In this document: positions 25,099-38,515 of the stretch, piece by piece
How positions within the stretch are numbered: position 1 is the first letter of the stretch
How the letters are laid out: every line of letters begins with the position of its first letter
Assembly: GCA_964016885.1 (NCBI GenBank)
Contig: OZ024742.1
Location: 242,854,001-242,918,000 of the forward strand
Origin: Eledone cirrhosa
Lineage: Eukaryota
Length of the DNA: 64,000 nucleotides
Reading direction: 5' to 3'
Program-made: the position numbers and the translations under genes
The notes under the pieces: generated by a model
Seen by the model: only the letters and a program-made list of their open reading frames with translations
Told to the model about the DNA's origin: nothing
Database searches by the model: none

Positions 25099-26573
25099 AT
25101 ATATGTGAATATAGACATAGAATATTCGAAAATATTCTGTATGTTTATAATAAACATTTTGAAGACCTAATCGCTATAGAATAGAATACGTCACGTATTA
25201 CAATTAGATTCTCGATAAAAGCAAGGGAAGTAATCTACGCGTTTCATTCTTATTAGAAATCTTCAGGACTACATATCCAGTGCTTTTATCGAGAATGACA
25301 CAGCTAGAGACTTATAGAATACTTAGCTGTGTACAGGAACTGGTTTGAAAGAGCGGTTGCCGGTTCGGCAGAAATTAGAAATTGGAATAAATGCTCTGAA
25401 ATAGCGATATATATGTGAATATAGACATAGAATATTCGAAAATATTCTGTATGTTTATAATAAACATTTTGAAGACCTAATCGCTATAGAATAGAATACG
25501 TCACGTATTACAATTAGATTCTCGATAAAAGCAAGGGAAGTAATCTACGCGTTTCATTCTTATTAGAAATCTTCAGGACTACATATCCAGTGCTTTTATC
25601 GAGAATGACACAGCTAGAGACTTATAGAATACTTAGCTGTGTACAGGAACTGGTTTGAAAGAGCGGTTGCCGGTTCGGCAGAAATTAGAAATTGGAATAA
25701 ATGCTCTGAAATAGCGATATATATGTGAATATAGACATAGAATATTCGAAAATATTCTGTATGTTTATAATAAACATTTTGAAGACCTAATCGCTATAGA
25801 ATAGAATACGTCACGTATTACAATTAGATTCTCGATAAAAGCAAGGGAAGTAATCTACGCGTTTCATTCTTATTAGAAATCTTCAGGACTACATATCCAG
25901 TGCTTTTATCGAGAATGACACAGCTAGAGACTTATAGAATACTTAGCTGTGTACAGGAACTGGTTTGAAAGAGCGGTTGCCGGTTCGGCAGAAATTAGAA
26001 ATTGGAATAAATGCTCTGAAATAGCGATATATATGTGAATATAGACATAGAATATTCGAAAATATTCTGTATGTTTATAATAAACATTTTGAAGACCTAA
26101 TCGCTATAGAATAGAATACGTCACGTATTACAATTAGATTCTCGATAAAAGCAAGGGAAGTAATCTACGCGTTTCATTCTTATTAGAAATCTTCAGGACT
26201 ACATATCCAGTGCTTTTATCGAGAATGACACAGCTAGAGACTTATAGAATACTTAGCTGTGTACAGGAACTGGTTTGAAAGAGCGGTTGCCGGTTCGGCA
26301 GAAATTAGAAATTGGAATAAATGCTCTGAAATAGCGATATATATGTGAATATAGACATAGAATATTCGAAAATATTCTGTATGTTTATAATAAACATTTT
26401 GAAGACCTAATCGCTATAGAATAGAATACGTCACGTATTACAATTAGATTCTCGATAAAAGCAAGGGAAGTAATCTACGCGTTTCATTCTTATTAGAAAT
26501 CTTCAGGACTACATATCCAGTGCTTTTATCGAGAATGACACAGCTAGAGACTTATAGAATACTTAGCTGTGTA
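25099..26573 (-). mobile_element. Retrozyme-like tandem array: about 4.75 apparently identical 310-bp units, each with a hammerhead ribozyme
   Basis: Period 310 (e.g. CAATTAGATT at 25201, 25511, 25821, 26131, 26441), non-coding, one hammerhead per unit. Confidence 0.85.
25208..25296 (-). ncRNA. Type I hammerhead ribozyme, unit 1 (also 25518-25606, 25828-25916, 26138-26226, 26448-26536)
   Basis: Minus strand GTAGTC-CTGAAGA-TTTCTAATAAGAAT-GAAA-CGCG-TA-GATTAC. Stem I is extended by ATTCTCGATAAAAGCA/TGCTTTTATCGAGAAT across an internal loop. Confidence 0.87.
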
Positions 26574-26574
26574 G

Positions 26575-27665
26575 TACAAAGAGAAGTTCTAAGTTGGATG
26601 GTTGAAGGAAAAACAACTTTGATAATGAAGAATAAAAAGAAAGGTCTGTTAGTTGGAAATTACTGACCGATTGCTTGCTTCAATTTGCTTCAGAAGCTGT
26701 TGACTGGCATCTTTGATGCAAAAGTGTATGATCACCTACTTCAGAATTGGATGCTTCTTGTCGAGCAGAAGGGGGTGCAGGAAAAATTCTCAAGAAACCA
26801 AAGACCATCTTGCTCTTGGCATGGCGATCATGAATAACGTCAACCGATGTCTAAATAATCTTATGCATATTAACAGGAATATTGCACGGAGATTCCTTCT
26901 CACCATTGCTCTTTGTGATTGCTATGATTCCATTATCAATGATCTTAGATGATACAGATATTGGTTATCAGATGGAAAACAGGAGCCCTAAGATCAATCA
27001 ACTACTTTTCATGGATGATCTGAAGCTCTTTGGCAGGAATAAATCTCAGGTTGACTCACTGGTCAAAACTTCTCACTAGTGTTTTGGCGGACATTGGGGT
27101 GGAGTTTGGTATCGCAAAGTGTGCCACCTTAACTAGGAAAAGAGGTAGGCATGTACATGGTAGTGGAATTGAGCTACCTAATGGAGAGTTGATTGGTGAC
27201 CCCGAGGAGAGTGGGTACAAATATCTGGTCATTTTGGAGGTTGACAAATTTCTAAATGAGAAGATGAAAGGAAATGTGAAGGGAGTCTGTCTAAATAGGT
27301 TAGGACTGCTGCTGATAACGAAATTGAATGGGAAGAATTTAATTACCGCTATCAATGTCTGAACTGTACCACTTATTAGATATAATGTGGCTATTTTGAA
27401 TTGGACGTACGTGTTCTAGAACTAGTAAGTGTGAAAGATTGTAAGTCCTTAACTCTATTTGGCCAGTAGCAAAGAAGAACTTTTAAGGTATGTTGCAAAA
27501 AGCAAAAGCCTATACATTGAAACTATTGAAAGTAAAGAAAATTACAAACAGAGGGTGCTGGCTGAGAAACTGAGCACAAGGGTGAGTGTGGAATTACATG
27601 GCCAATTTGAAAGAGAAATGACGGAAGTAAAAATAGGATCTTCATGGTAGTGGTTGGGTTACATG
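26575..27665 (+). mobile_element. Decayed R4/Dong-like (RLE-type) non-LTR retrotransposon RT fragment
   Basis: GDSFSPLLFVIAMIPL, INQLLFMDDLKLF, FGIAKCA, YKYL and KLNGKNLITAIN motifs with stops. Confidence 0.8.
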
Positions 27666-29792
27666 GTATTGACTGAACGCAAATAAAAATACGATGTAGA
27701 AACCCCAAACTCATACATCATGTTGTGTGACATTTTCTTTTCTCTATCTGTTCCAAACTTTCATTTTCTATTTTAATCCCCACCCTCTATTTTTTTTCAA
27801 CTCTTATTTCGTCTTTGTTTCTTTCCCAATCTCCTAATTTGGTTTAAACTAATAGTTTCTAAATATTTTTTACCATTTTTTTTTTTTTTTTTTTTTTTTT
27901 TTATCATTCGCACGTTATGTTTTTCGTGTATTGTCACTTCATGTCTGTCGTTCAGACAAAGAGCAGGAACTCGAATCATTATATTCTTCAGTCTTTGAAG
28001 CAATTGTGTTTATAAAATTGAACTATGAACTAATTGTTGTCAAATTAAACCATTATCAATTTCTCCGGCGTCCTGATCTTACCCTACATACGACTCAGCG
28101 ATTAACCCTTTTGATATCCAACAGCTTGAAACCAACAATACGAAACTGTTTATTTTTAACTGTTTATATTTAGGAAACAACTAGTTCAGCAATACGAAGC
28201 TGTTTATTTTATAGTATTTATATTTATGAAGCCATTCCTAGTTCAATGTTACAAAGCTGTTTATTTTAAAGGGTTTATATTTATCTAACATTTCATGAAA
28301 ATTTTATGAAAGAACTTTGGTCATGTTCCAAACACCCAGGGATAGATTTAAATCTTAGGGGCCAAGGGCATTTCAGATTTGATGGGGCCTTCATATAACA
28401 CACACACACGCGCACATACACACATACAGACACACACAAGCATGCACAGACACACACAAACATACATATGTATATATGTGTGTGTATGTGGTAACAAAAG
28501 AGTTAAAGCATCTAAGCAAACATCTGTTGCTGTAACACATTCCAAAACCAGTCAATAGAGCATCCAATATATCTACTAGAAATTCAACCAAATATTCTTA
28601 CAATTACGCTATCTTCAAAAAGGAAGAATACATCAGAGATTATATAAACCTAAAATATACACTAGTCTTTTATTGCACCACATAAATCGTGCGAAACCAT
28701 TTTGCTGGTTTGAGAGCTGATGAGGGTGAAGATGTGTGTGTTACTTGTCACTTCTGTGCGCCAGTGTATTTCTCCTTATCCTCCTCTTTAGATCTTTTCT
28801 ATATTTCATTTGCCTGTCACTTCACCCACCTAGTTGATTGTCTCTCTGTTGACCATTGGGCTCTTTTCCCTGTCCTCTGAGGCATTTTTACCCATCGCTG
28901 TCTTTGACAGTATTTAGCTGTTTTAAAGTTTGTTCTAGCGATAAGTTTTCTCATTTTCATATGTATTAATCATGATATGCTACAAATATACTATGTAGGT
29001 GAGCGGATGTGGCATTCCCGAATGGTTACGAGGTTTGATGTGATCCAAATGCAGGACATTTTGGGGCAAGTGTCATTTACTCTTGGAGTGAAATTGTGTA
29101 GACAGAAATGGTTTGGAAGCCCTTTGGATAGAATATATCTGTAATTCAAGGAACCCTCCTGCTGATAATTACTTTAAGTGTACACGCGTCTGTGCAATGC
29201 TCACTCGCGTTAATTTAATGAGCAGGCTGTTCTGTTGATCAGACAACTGTAACATTCATCACCGAAACCGGCGGTGGTCCATCGCCATTCGTTATACCAC
29301 ACGATGTTCGAATTTCAACCTTCACAACTTTGTTGTTTTTATCTTTTTTTTTGCGTAATATATCTAAGACTACGTTATCAAATGTGTCTTTTACGTTTTA
29401 TACGGTAAAATTTAGTTTGAGAAAAATTTACTTACTATTTCTAGCATATTAAGCAAACGTATAGAAGACTTCTCTTCATTGGCTTGTGACGTCTTTCCTT
29501 TTGGAGTAAATGACTGGAACTAGCAATAGAGGAACTGGATGGGAAGTGACGAAGGGTGAACGAACTGAAAGTTGTGATTGTTTCTTAGCACTAGATCAAC
29601 ACAGACCGAACACACCTATGATCAAAGGTATCCCAACAGTGACCATCGGGGTTTTTTTTAGGGGTACCACTAGGACTATTGTTTCTTTTACCTATTTCAG
29701 ACGAATTAAGGACGATTTGGCAGCTGGTATGATGAAATGGGAACCTGGGGCAAAAGAGAACGATTAGGGGAAGAGGTAGGAAATAGATGATT

Positions 29793-30444
29793 AAATAATG
29801 GTTTCTGATTTAGGCACAAGGCCATCAATTTGGGGGAGGGAAAAGTCGATTAAATTGACAACAGTACATTACTGGTATTTTATTTTATCGACCCCCGTAA
29901 GAATGAAAGGCAAAGATAACCTCGGCGGGATTTGAACTCAGATTGTAAAGAGACGTAACTCTACACAATAAAGCTTGTTGTCCGACACTGTATCGATACT
30001 GCCAATACACCGCCCTTAGATGATTAAATAATTGTTTCTTATATAGGCACAAGGCCAGCAATTTTGGCTGAGGGGAATGTCGATTAAATCGACCTCAGTG
30101 CGTGACCGGTACTTTATTTTATCGACCCCGTAAGAATGAAAGGCAAAGTTAACCTCGGTGGGATTTGAACTCAGGGACGTAACTCTACACAATAAAGCTT
30201 GTTGTCCGACACTGTATCGATACTGCCAATACACCGCCCTTAGATGATTAAATAATTGTTTCTACTTTTGGCACAAGGCCAGCAATTACCCCAGTGTATT
30301 ACTGGTACTTTATTTTATCGACCCCGTAAGGATGAAAGCCAAAGTTAACCTCGGCGGGATTTGAACTCAGAATGGCAAGGGCCGTAACTCTATGCTGCAA
30401 AGCATGGTGTCCGACCCTCTACCGATACTGCCAATCCACCGCCC
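29793..30444 (-). mobile_element. Three tandem OK-like SINEs
   Basis: Copies at about 29793-30014, 30027-30238 and 30250-30444, separated by the shared spacer CCCTTAGATGATTAAATAAT. Confidence 0.85.
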
Positions 30445-30514
30445 CTTAGATCATTAAATAATAATCAGAAGAATGTGGTTGTGGGCGGACAAAAGAAATA
30501 ATGATTTAATAAAG

Positions 30515-30845
30515 GATGGCTTAGTGGTTAGAGCATTGGTCTTGCAATTAAAATGTTGTGAGTTCGATTCTCGGATCGGGTGATGCGTTGTGTCCTTGAG
30601 CAAGACACTTTATTTCACGTTGCTCCAGTTTACTCAGCTGTAGAAATGAGTTGCGACGTCACTGGTGCCAAGTTGTATCAGCCTTTGCCTTTCTCGTGAA
30701 CAACATCGGTGGCGTGGAGAAGGGAGACTGGTGTGCATGGACAACTACTGGTCTTCCACAAACAACCTTGCCCGGACTTCTTCCTCGAGGGGAAACTTTC
30801 TAGGTGCGAATCCCGTGGTCATTCGTGACTGAAGGGGGTCTTCTC

Positions 30846-30878
<33 letters not shown>
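30515..30878 (+). mobile_element. OR-type tRNA-derived SINE with (TAG)n tract
   Basis: TGGCTTAGTGG A box, GAGTTCGATTC B box, GTGTCCTTGAGCAAGACACTT core. Confidence 0.8.
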
Positions 30879-30880
<2 letters not shown>

Positions 30881-31050
30881 TGTTTATTTCATTGGTTTTA
30901 TATTTATTGTGTTTTCAAGATGAAGGGTGATCAAATGAGAGGCGTAGTTAATAGAAGTGAATGAAGGATGGTGTTAAAATATTTGTAGGGTGTGCTGGAA
31001 GTTGCTATAGAAAGTAAATGGTAGACTTAGTGAAAAGGGATGGTTTAGTG

Positions 31051-31254
31051 CAGGTATGTCAAACATGCGGCCCGCGGGCCGTATGCGGCCCTTTACAAGC
31101 ACACCTGCGGCCGTACAAAGGTTTTTACAGCGCGAGCAAGTTTTATCTTCGTAAAATTAGTTGTAATGTGCACAATTAGTTGTCTTGTGTGGACCTCAGA
31201 CAACACATATGAGACCCATGTGGCCCTCAGGGGACCCTCAGTTTGACATGACTG
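31051..31254. mobile_element. hAT (Charlie-like) MITE
   Basis: TIR CAGGTATGTCAAAC / GTTTGACATGACTG, GCGGCCC subterminal motifs, 8-bp TSD GTTTAGTG (31043-31050, 31255-31262). Confidence 0.9.
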
Positions 31255-31380
31255 GTTTAGTGGAGGAATATGATATACAGTGGAGTAGTGGTGGTAGGAG
31301 GAAGTAATAACAAAAGTAAGATTATAGTGGAAGGAGGAGCGAAAAGGGCACAGAAAAGAGGCGTGGTGGCAGGTAGAAGA

Positions 31381-32223
31381 AATAATTGTTTCTACTTTTG
31401 GCACAAGGCCAGCAACTAACCCAGTACATTACTGGTACTTTATTTTATCGACCGAAAGGATGAAAGGCAAAGTTAACTTCGGCGGGATTTGAACTTAGAT
31501 CGTAAAGGGACGTAACTCTATGCTGCAAATCATGTTGTCCGACCCTTTACTGATACTGCCAAATAATAAAAGTGCGTGGTTGAAGGCAGAGGGAAAATGA
31601 GAAAAGTAAAGGGTGTATTAGAAGGTTGGGTAAGAAAGGTTAGACATAAGGATGCCCTGAAAAGAGGTGTGGGTAAAAAAGTTGTCAGAAAAGAAAGAAG
31701 GGGCCAGAAAAAGAATGAACAAGAATGATAGAAGTGTAAGTTGAGGAAGGATAATAATTGTTTCTTATATAGGCACAAGGCCAGCAATTACCCCAGTACA
31801 TTATTGGTACTTTATTTTATCGAACCTGTAAGGATGAAAAGTAAAGGTAACTTCCGCGGGATTTGAACTCAGACCGTAAAGGGGTGTAACTCCATGCAGG
31901 AAAGCATGTCCGACCCTCTACCGATACTGCCAATCCACGACTAATAAAGAGGAGTAGGTAAACAATTTGTCAGAAAAGAAAGAAGGGGCCAGACAAAGAC
32001 TGAACAAGAATGATAGAAGTGTAAGGAAGAATAGAAATTGTTTCTACTTTTGTCACAAGGGCAGCAATTATCCCAGTACATTACTGGTACTTTATTTTAT
32101 CGACCCTGTAAGGATGAAAAGCAAAGTTAACCTCGGCGGGATTTGAACTCAGATCATAAAGCCGTAACTCTATGCTGCAAAGCATGGCGTCCGATCCTCT
32201 ACCGATACTGCCAATCCACCGCC
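31381..32223 (-). mobile_element. Three OK-like SINEs (31381-31563, 31753-31939, 32035-32223)
   Basis: Family matches; flanking sequence at 31682-31740 recurs at 31968-32025. Confidence 0.8.
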
Positions 32224-32699
32224 CTGGAAGGATAATTAACCAGCAATGTGTAGTAAAAAGAAAATGGCACTATGAAAACACAAGGGAATCAAAAGGAAGA
32301 GGAGTTAGAATGAAGAAAGAGTTGGTGGAGGTGTAAAGTATGGTGTAATATAAAATATATTAAGAAGGAGAAGAAGAAAGAATGGCGAAAGAAAAATGAG
32401 GAATAATGATTGACAGCTAAATAGGCGTGGTATGTGAGGTAGAGAGAGAGAGGGAGAGAGAGGGAGAGAGAGAGATCAAAGACAGAAGGCAGGTAGATAG
32501 GTAGGTAGATAGTGAGGTAGATATATAGATAGGTAGATAAATAGATAACTTTCTATTTATTTGCCACCAGGGCCCAAAAGATTGGAACAAATACAAAGTG
32601 GGGGAAGTTTACATACAATAAAACGAGTATAAAAATTTAACAAACAAAATAAAACAATCGAAGTCCTCAATAGGGAGAGGCCGTTTTGGGGGTCGCACA

Positions 32700-35600
32700 C
32701 ACCCCCGAAAAAATGTGCAACCCTTCTTCTCGGGATCACAAAGAAAGGGTGCTCCCTTCTTCTCCTATTCTTTCCACCTACAGGCTGATGTAGAGAGAAG
32801 GCCCATTCACACGGGCCATTCTCGCCACTTTCACCCACCTTTCATAAAACTGGCTGGGGTGGAGCACCTCTCTCTCCATCCTGATCCTTCTTCCGAAATA
32901 ATTGTTTCTACTATTGGCACAAGGCCAGAAAATTACCCAGTACATTACTGGTACTTTATTTTATCGACCCCGTAAGGATGAAAGGCAAAGTTAACCTCGG
33001 CGGGATTTGAACTCAGAATGGCAAGGGCCGTAACTCTATGCGTCAAAGCATGGCGTCCGAACCTCTACCGATACTGCCAATCCACCGAAATAATATCGGA
33101 AGAAAAGGACCAGTTGTTGGCCGGAGAGAAAGGTGTCCGACCTTAGTCCTTTCAAACGCGTCCACCATACAACCTGTTTCACCGTGGCTATTACACAGAG
33201 GAAGACCGCCACTCCTTCGTTTTTGAAGGGGGAGGCGGTTTGATCGTAACAATGAACTTGGTGGTCAACCGGATTGGTCCCACCTGTGACAGCAGTCATT
33301 CCACATAGCCCCACAGGTCGGCAACGCCCGGGCAGTGTACCAATGTGTGCGCGACGGTTTCCTCGTCGCGCACGCATCTCCGACAGATCTTTTGGGAAGG
33401 GTCCCTACCCGGGCGCCCGTGTCTGTAGAGCTTGTATCGAACGGGCAGAGCCCCACGGTAGCACTGCCAGGCCAGGGACCTCTGGAAGTTGTCCATCAGT
33501 CCCGGGCCAAATGTCCTACCGAACAGGCTGGCCAGTTCTTCCTCCTCCATGCCTAGGGCTTCTCCGAGGGCGTCGTCGCACCTGCTGCTGACCAACCCTC
33601 TATAAAATGTCGAGGTGGAGTCTCCACTGATAGCTGGGTCCGCCTGCCAGAGAGCAGTGTGCCAGGCGCCCAGTTTTCTCGGTCTTTTCTTGACCCAGGA
33701 GTGCAGCTCGGTAAGCGAGACGAGTCTCGGAAAGGCTCGCCTCACAAACGGGGCTCACACCGGTTGACCGGTAAGGAATACCTTGAGGTGCCGTAGCTTT
33801 AATGCGTATTTACGCATCTGCAGCCACGGCATCCCCAGCCCTCCTTTCGAAGGGTGTTGACAGCAGATAGATCTCCTCACCAAAGGAGTCCGCTTCTTCC
33901 AAAATAATTGGAAGAGTGCGCGCTCCATTTTGGCGAGCGTTTCACCTGAGCAAGGCACGACAGTCAAGCGGTAATAGATGATGGACGCTATATAAGCGTT
34001 CGCCACCTCCGCTCGACCTTTCAGGGATAGTTTGCACTCGGCCCATTTCTGGGCCAGTGCAAACACCCTGTTCGTTACCTCACCCCAGTTCTTCTCTACC
34101 TGGAGGTCTGGTCCGAACCAAACCCCGAGCAGCTTCACCGGGCCCTCCGTCCAGCGTCCGACGACGCTGTCGAAGGGCATCGGTTTGCCCCTCCACGCGC
34201 CGACGGACTTGTCCCGGTTCAGCTTCGCCCATGTAAACCTTTCGTATTCCTCCAGTAAGGTGCCGATCGCCCCGATTTCCGAGGTACTCGACACCATTAC
34301 TGTCACGTCATCGGCGTAGGCCGACACCGCTTTCCGCAATCCCGGTTCCAAGGGGATGCCCTGCAACAACTCCAACTTCCGCAGCAGTGGCTCGAGAGCA
34401 AGCACATACAGAATGTAGAAGAGAGGGCACCCCTGTCGGATGGACCACGCGATTTGGAACGGCTCCGAGAGGTAGCCGTTCACCTTGACCCTAGAGCAGA
34501 TGCGGCTGCTATGTATGACAGTAATCCAACCCCTGAAAACGGGTCCGAAACCTGCCGCGCTAGCACCGCATCCTAGTAACCATGGTCGACCCTATCGAAC
34601 GCCTTAGATTGATCCAAGTTGATCAGGGCCACACCAAAGCTGGGTTCATTCCCTACCCTCTCTACGATGTATCGCATAAGGTGGAGGTTGTCGTGTATGG
34701 ACCTGGACGGGATAGCGCATGTCTGCGCATCTCCCACCAGGTTGCCTACGACAAGCGCCAACCTCTTTGCTAACACCTTGGCCAAAATCTTTAACTCCGC
34801 ATTTAGCAGAGTTATGGGCCTGAAATTACTTATTTCATCCCCCTTGTTCTCGTCCTTCCTCACTAGCGAGACTACGCACTGGGTCACAGAACAGGGAATT
34901 CTCCCGTTCTGTTGCCAGTTGCAGTAGTCCGCCTCGAGGAGATCGGAGAAAAAGTCCGGCATCGCTACATAAAGTTCATATGGAAGACCATCGAGACTCG
35001 GGGATTTAAGTTTGACGCATTGACTCAGCACGTCCCCTATTTCAGCAACTGAAATAGGCCTTTCGCAGGACTTCGCCTCCTCGTTCGAAAGATGTGGTAG
35101 GCCGTCGAGGTATGGACCGAAATCCACATCCCCATCCGGTCCCCCGCCCTTCTCGAACAGTCGTGCAAAGTGCCTTTGAAAGGCCTCACACATCTGTCCA
35201 GGTTCAAAGATCACCCGTCCATCCTGGTCCTTCAAAGACCGGATAGTGGATTTAATCCCACTTTTGGCATCTGCCACGCGGGCCCAGCTAACAGCTTTGG
35301 CCCCCTCGTTTCCTAGAGCACGTATTTTGCTTCTGACAACGCAGCCTTCGTGCTTCGCGTCGAAAAACTGGTCTAAGGCCGTTCGCGACGCTAGCACTCT
35401 GGCCACGTTGCCGCTTCTAATCGCCTCTTCTACTCTATCTACCAATTCCCTTTCCTTCCTATTCCTATCTGAGGCTAATTCCTTACTAAAACCTATCGAG
35501 ACTACTCTAATCTCTCTCTTGAGAGAGCACCACCACCTGCTGTTGACGATAGCCCCCGTCAACCGTTCCTTAACTAAAGCGCTAATCCGATCCCTGTAAG

Positions 35601-36371
35601 CTTTACTTTCCGGTAAGGACAAGTTCAGCTTCCAGTAACCGGACCCCTGTCTATGCGTTCTATCAAGGTTGACTAAGCAGGTCACTAATTTGTGATCTGA
35701 ATAGCCAACCATGCGCATCTCTGGACAACTTAGTAGGTCCCTATCCTTATTTCTAGCTAGGACCCTATCTAGGTACGACCTAGATTATCCGCTGAGGTTA
35801 GTCCAAGTCCGGGTTGGTGCAGTCGGAAAATCTAGTCGATATCTATCGGCCAGGTCAAATTGGCTGATTAACCGTTTGAGGCTGTTACACCCCCCTCTAT
35901 CGGGACATGCTCCTACATAGTCCCAACGTGCATCTAGGATACCATTGCAGTCCCCCACTAAAAGCAAGGAGCGGGACGTCCCTAGAAAAGTCTCCAGACG
36001 TTGGAAGAAGTCCGGCCTCGATGCCCCAAAAGGGGCATAGGCGGCGACCAGCCTAAAGGCTCCACCTTCACCACTGCCAACGTCTAGTACCACCAGTCGA
36101 CCCTCCGTGTCCAAGTGCACCGTCTGCGTTGCGATCCCAGGTGGTTTTGCAGCAGAACGACAACCCCACCCCCACCTCCTGGCTGACAGAGAGATGCATA
36201 GATCTCAAAGTCGTTAAAGGTGGGGGCTAGCTGGCGTTCGCTGCTGACCCTGGACTCGCAAATAGCCATGACATTTATACTGCGCGACCTGGGGTCATTT
36301 AGAAGTTTTGCCTGCTTCCAAGGTGAGCTCAGGCCACGCGCATTCAAACATCCTACTCTCAATACAGCCAT
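32700..36371 (-). pseudogene. Tx1 ORF2 (APE-RT-zinc finger), frameshifted and SINE-interrupted
   Basis: Consecutive ORF fragments 36084-36407, 35785-36120, 34573-35718, 33755-34483 and 33296-33745. Confidence 0.88.
32903..33084 (-). mobile_element. Young OK-like SINE inserted in Tx1 copy A
   Basis: TSD CCGAAATAAT at 32893-32902 and 33085-33094. The empty site is visible in the related Tx1 copy at about 63923-63955. Confidence 0.9.
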
Positions 36372-36938
36372 GTTGTCGGCGAAGGGGAAGAAAAAGAAAA
36401 GGCACATACCTCCTTACGTCCCGGGGACCGGGCTTCACAACTTCCATGGGGGTGAGGGAGGGGTTGTTGGGTGGGGTGGTGGTTTGTGATGGTGTGGGGA
36501 CATCAGAGTGTGGTAGGGTTGGGGTGTTTGGTGTGGTGTGGGTGACTGGGGTGGGGGATGGGGAAATTTTTCAAGAGGACGCGGTTCACTGGTTTTACAC
36601 AGGGGGGGGGGGGCACGTCCTCAGGAAAATTGTCTTTTAGTTCTATATAAATGTCTATCGGAGTTTTAATCCTTTTTAAAGAGGGGTTCTCTGTGTCCCT
36701 CGTGAAATTTGACCCTTCGGTGCAAACCGAAGGGTTTTGTTCAATTTTGTTTACAAGTTTTATATTTTTTGTGTTGAAGTATGTGTATAGCTGTGTCTGT
36801 GTAATTTTTGTTGGCTTTTGTTCTGTATTTTTTTGTGTTTTGTTTTGGGGAGGGGTTATTTTTCTTTGTGTGGGTGCGGTGTGTTTTCTTTTTTTTTTCG
36901 CTTTATTTTTTGGAAGGGTTCCCCCTCGTCTTCTGACG

Positions 36939-38388
36939 TTAAGGGATCCTCTTCCATGTTGCAGGGGAGGGGTATATTTGGGGTTTTGTTATGTATGCTG
37001 TTGGAGTTGTTTTAGATGGGGAGGGGTTGGGTGGGACCGTGTTCAGTTTTTTGTTGACTTGTTGTGTTTGTTGTTTTTGGGGTGGTGGTGGTGGTGGGAG
37101 TGATTGTGTTTTTGTTTGTGGAGTTATTTTGGGCGTGGAGAGGTTGGGTGGGTCCGTGTTCAGTTTTTTGTTGACGTGTGTTTGTTGTTGTTGTTGTGGT
37201 AGTGATGGTGTTGTTTTTGGAGGTGTTGGCAGTAAAGGTTTTTTAGTTTGTTGAAGACAGGCAGCACCCAGGTGACCTCTGCCTCCACAGAGGTAGCAAG
37301 CGGGCCGCCTACCCTCAACTGCAATGTTCATAAATTCCAGGGACACTCTTTGGGGTATATTTGCGATACGTTCCGGTTTCATTCGAACCAGAACCTGTAT
37401 GCCTATACCGCCAAAGTCGCCCCTGTTGGCTTTGCCTATATCAAGGAGTTCATCTTCGTCGTCCAGTATCCTTCCTAGTATCCACCACATATTTGTATTT
37501 GGGTGTATACGGAGATTGTTATTTTTTGAGAAAGTGTAATGTTTGGACACAATTGGCGACACCGAGTATTTTTGGGCCACCAATTGGTCCTTCATCAAAA
37601 TTATCAGACTCCCATATAACTTCCCTCTCTCAATAAAAATCATGTCCTTCAACGCGTCTTTTAACACCAGCTCAATTTCGCTATGCGATAATTGAGCTGG
37701 TTTTTTCGACGCATTTGATATAGTTCTAAAATTAATTATCCTTAGGACCGTATCTCTTTTAATATCCTTAGGGGAGATTATAGTGAATTCACCGTTTTCA
37801 CCAAAGCTCACCCGTTTTCTCCCCTCTCTTAGCAATTCCGCTGCATTACTGATGTCAACTGGGGTGAAAGTTTCGGTCTCCTTAACGACCTGGGCAAAGG
37901 ATATTCGTGAAGTGGGGTCTATTTTTGTGTGTTTCGTTGCTGTTGTTCTTGTTTTCTTGGGTGTTTGCGTTTTGGTTGTTGTTGTTTGCGGTACAGTGTT
38001 TTGGGTTTTCACCCATTTTTTCGTGTTTTGAGTTCACATTTATGTTGTTTTCTTTGTCATTGTTGCTGCTGTTTTCGCTTGTGTGTGCGTTTGTGTTATT
38101 TTCTTTGTTATTTGTGTTGGTGTTGTTGGTGTCAGTGTAATTTATACATTCTTTCAATTTACTGTTTCCATTGTTTTTACAATTGTTCGCCAAATCCGCT
38201 CCCATACTCGCATGCGAAAGCGAGAGAAGGGAAGCTTCAGTAGGTTGAGTTACTTGTTCCTCATTATCACTTTCCCTGGGGGGCGTGGCAGTGGTGTTTT
38301 CATGTATGGTGTCCATTATTGTAAGTTGGTATACACATTTTTCAAAGTAGTTTTTACTCCCAAAAAGGAGTAAAAATAAAATAACCAC
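36939..38388 (-). pseudogene. Tx1 ORF1 (gag-like, zinc knuckle CYLCGGRGHLGAAC), frameshifted
   Basis: ORFs 37882-38388 and 36939-38012. Confidence 0.8.
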
Positions 38389-38515
38389 CCGTCTGCAAGT
38401 CCAGGCGGGAGGTTAGGTCACACAAATAAAACAAATGAAACACAAACTCACAGTCAAAAACGTAATCCAAAAAGGCTGCAGCCGAAGTAACACACGTCTA
38501 CTATCAACGATAGAT

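Larger units (their letters stand above)
32550..38507 (-). mobile_element. Full-length but disrupted L1/Tx1-clade LINE (copy A)
   Basis: ORF1 with CCHC knuckle. ORF2 has APE (LNARGL, ESR, VGDCN, SDH), RT (NFRPITLLN, DQSKAFDRV, IRQGCPL, YADD) and a C-terminal CxxC..ET..H..C motif. Tx1-like 5' end GTAGACGTGTG. Confidence 0.93.
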
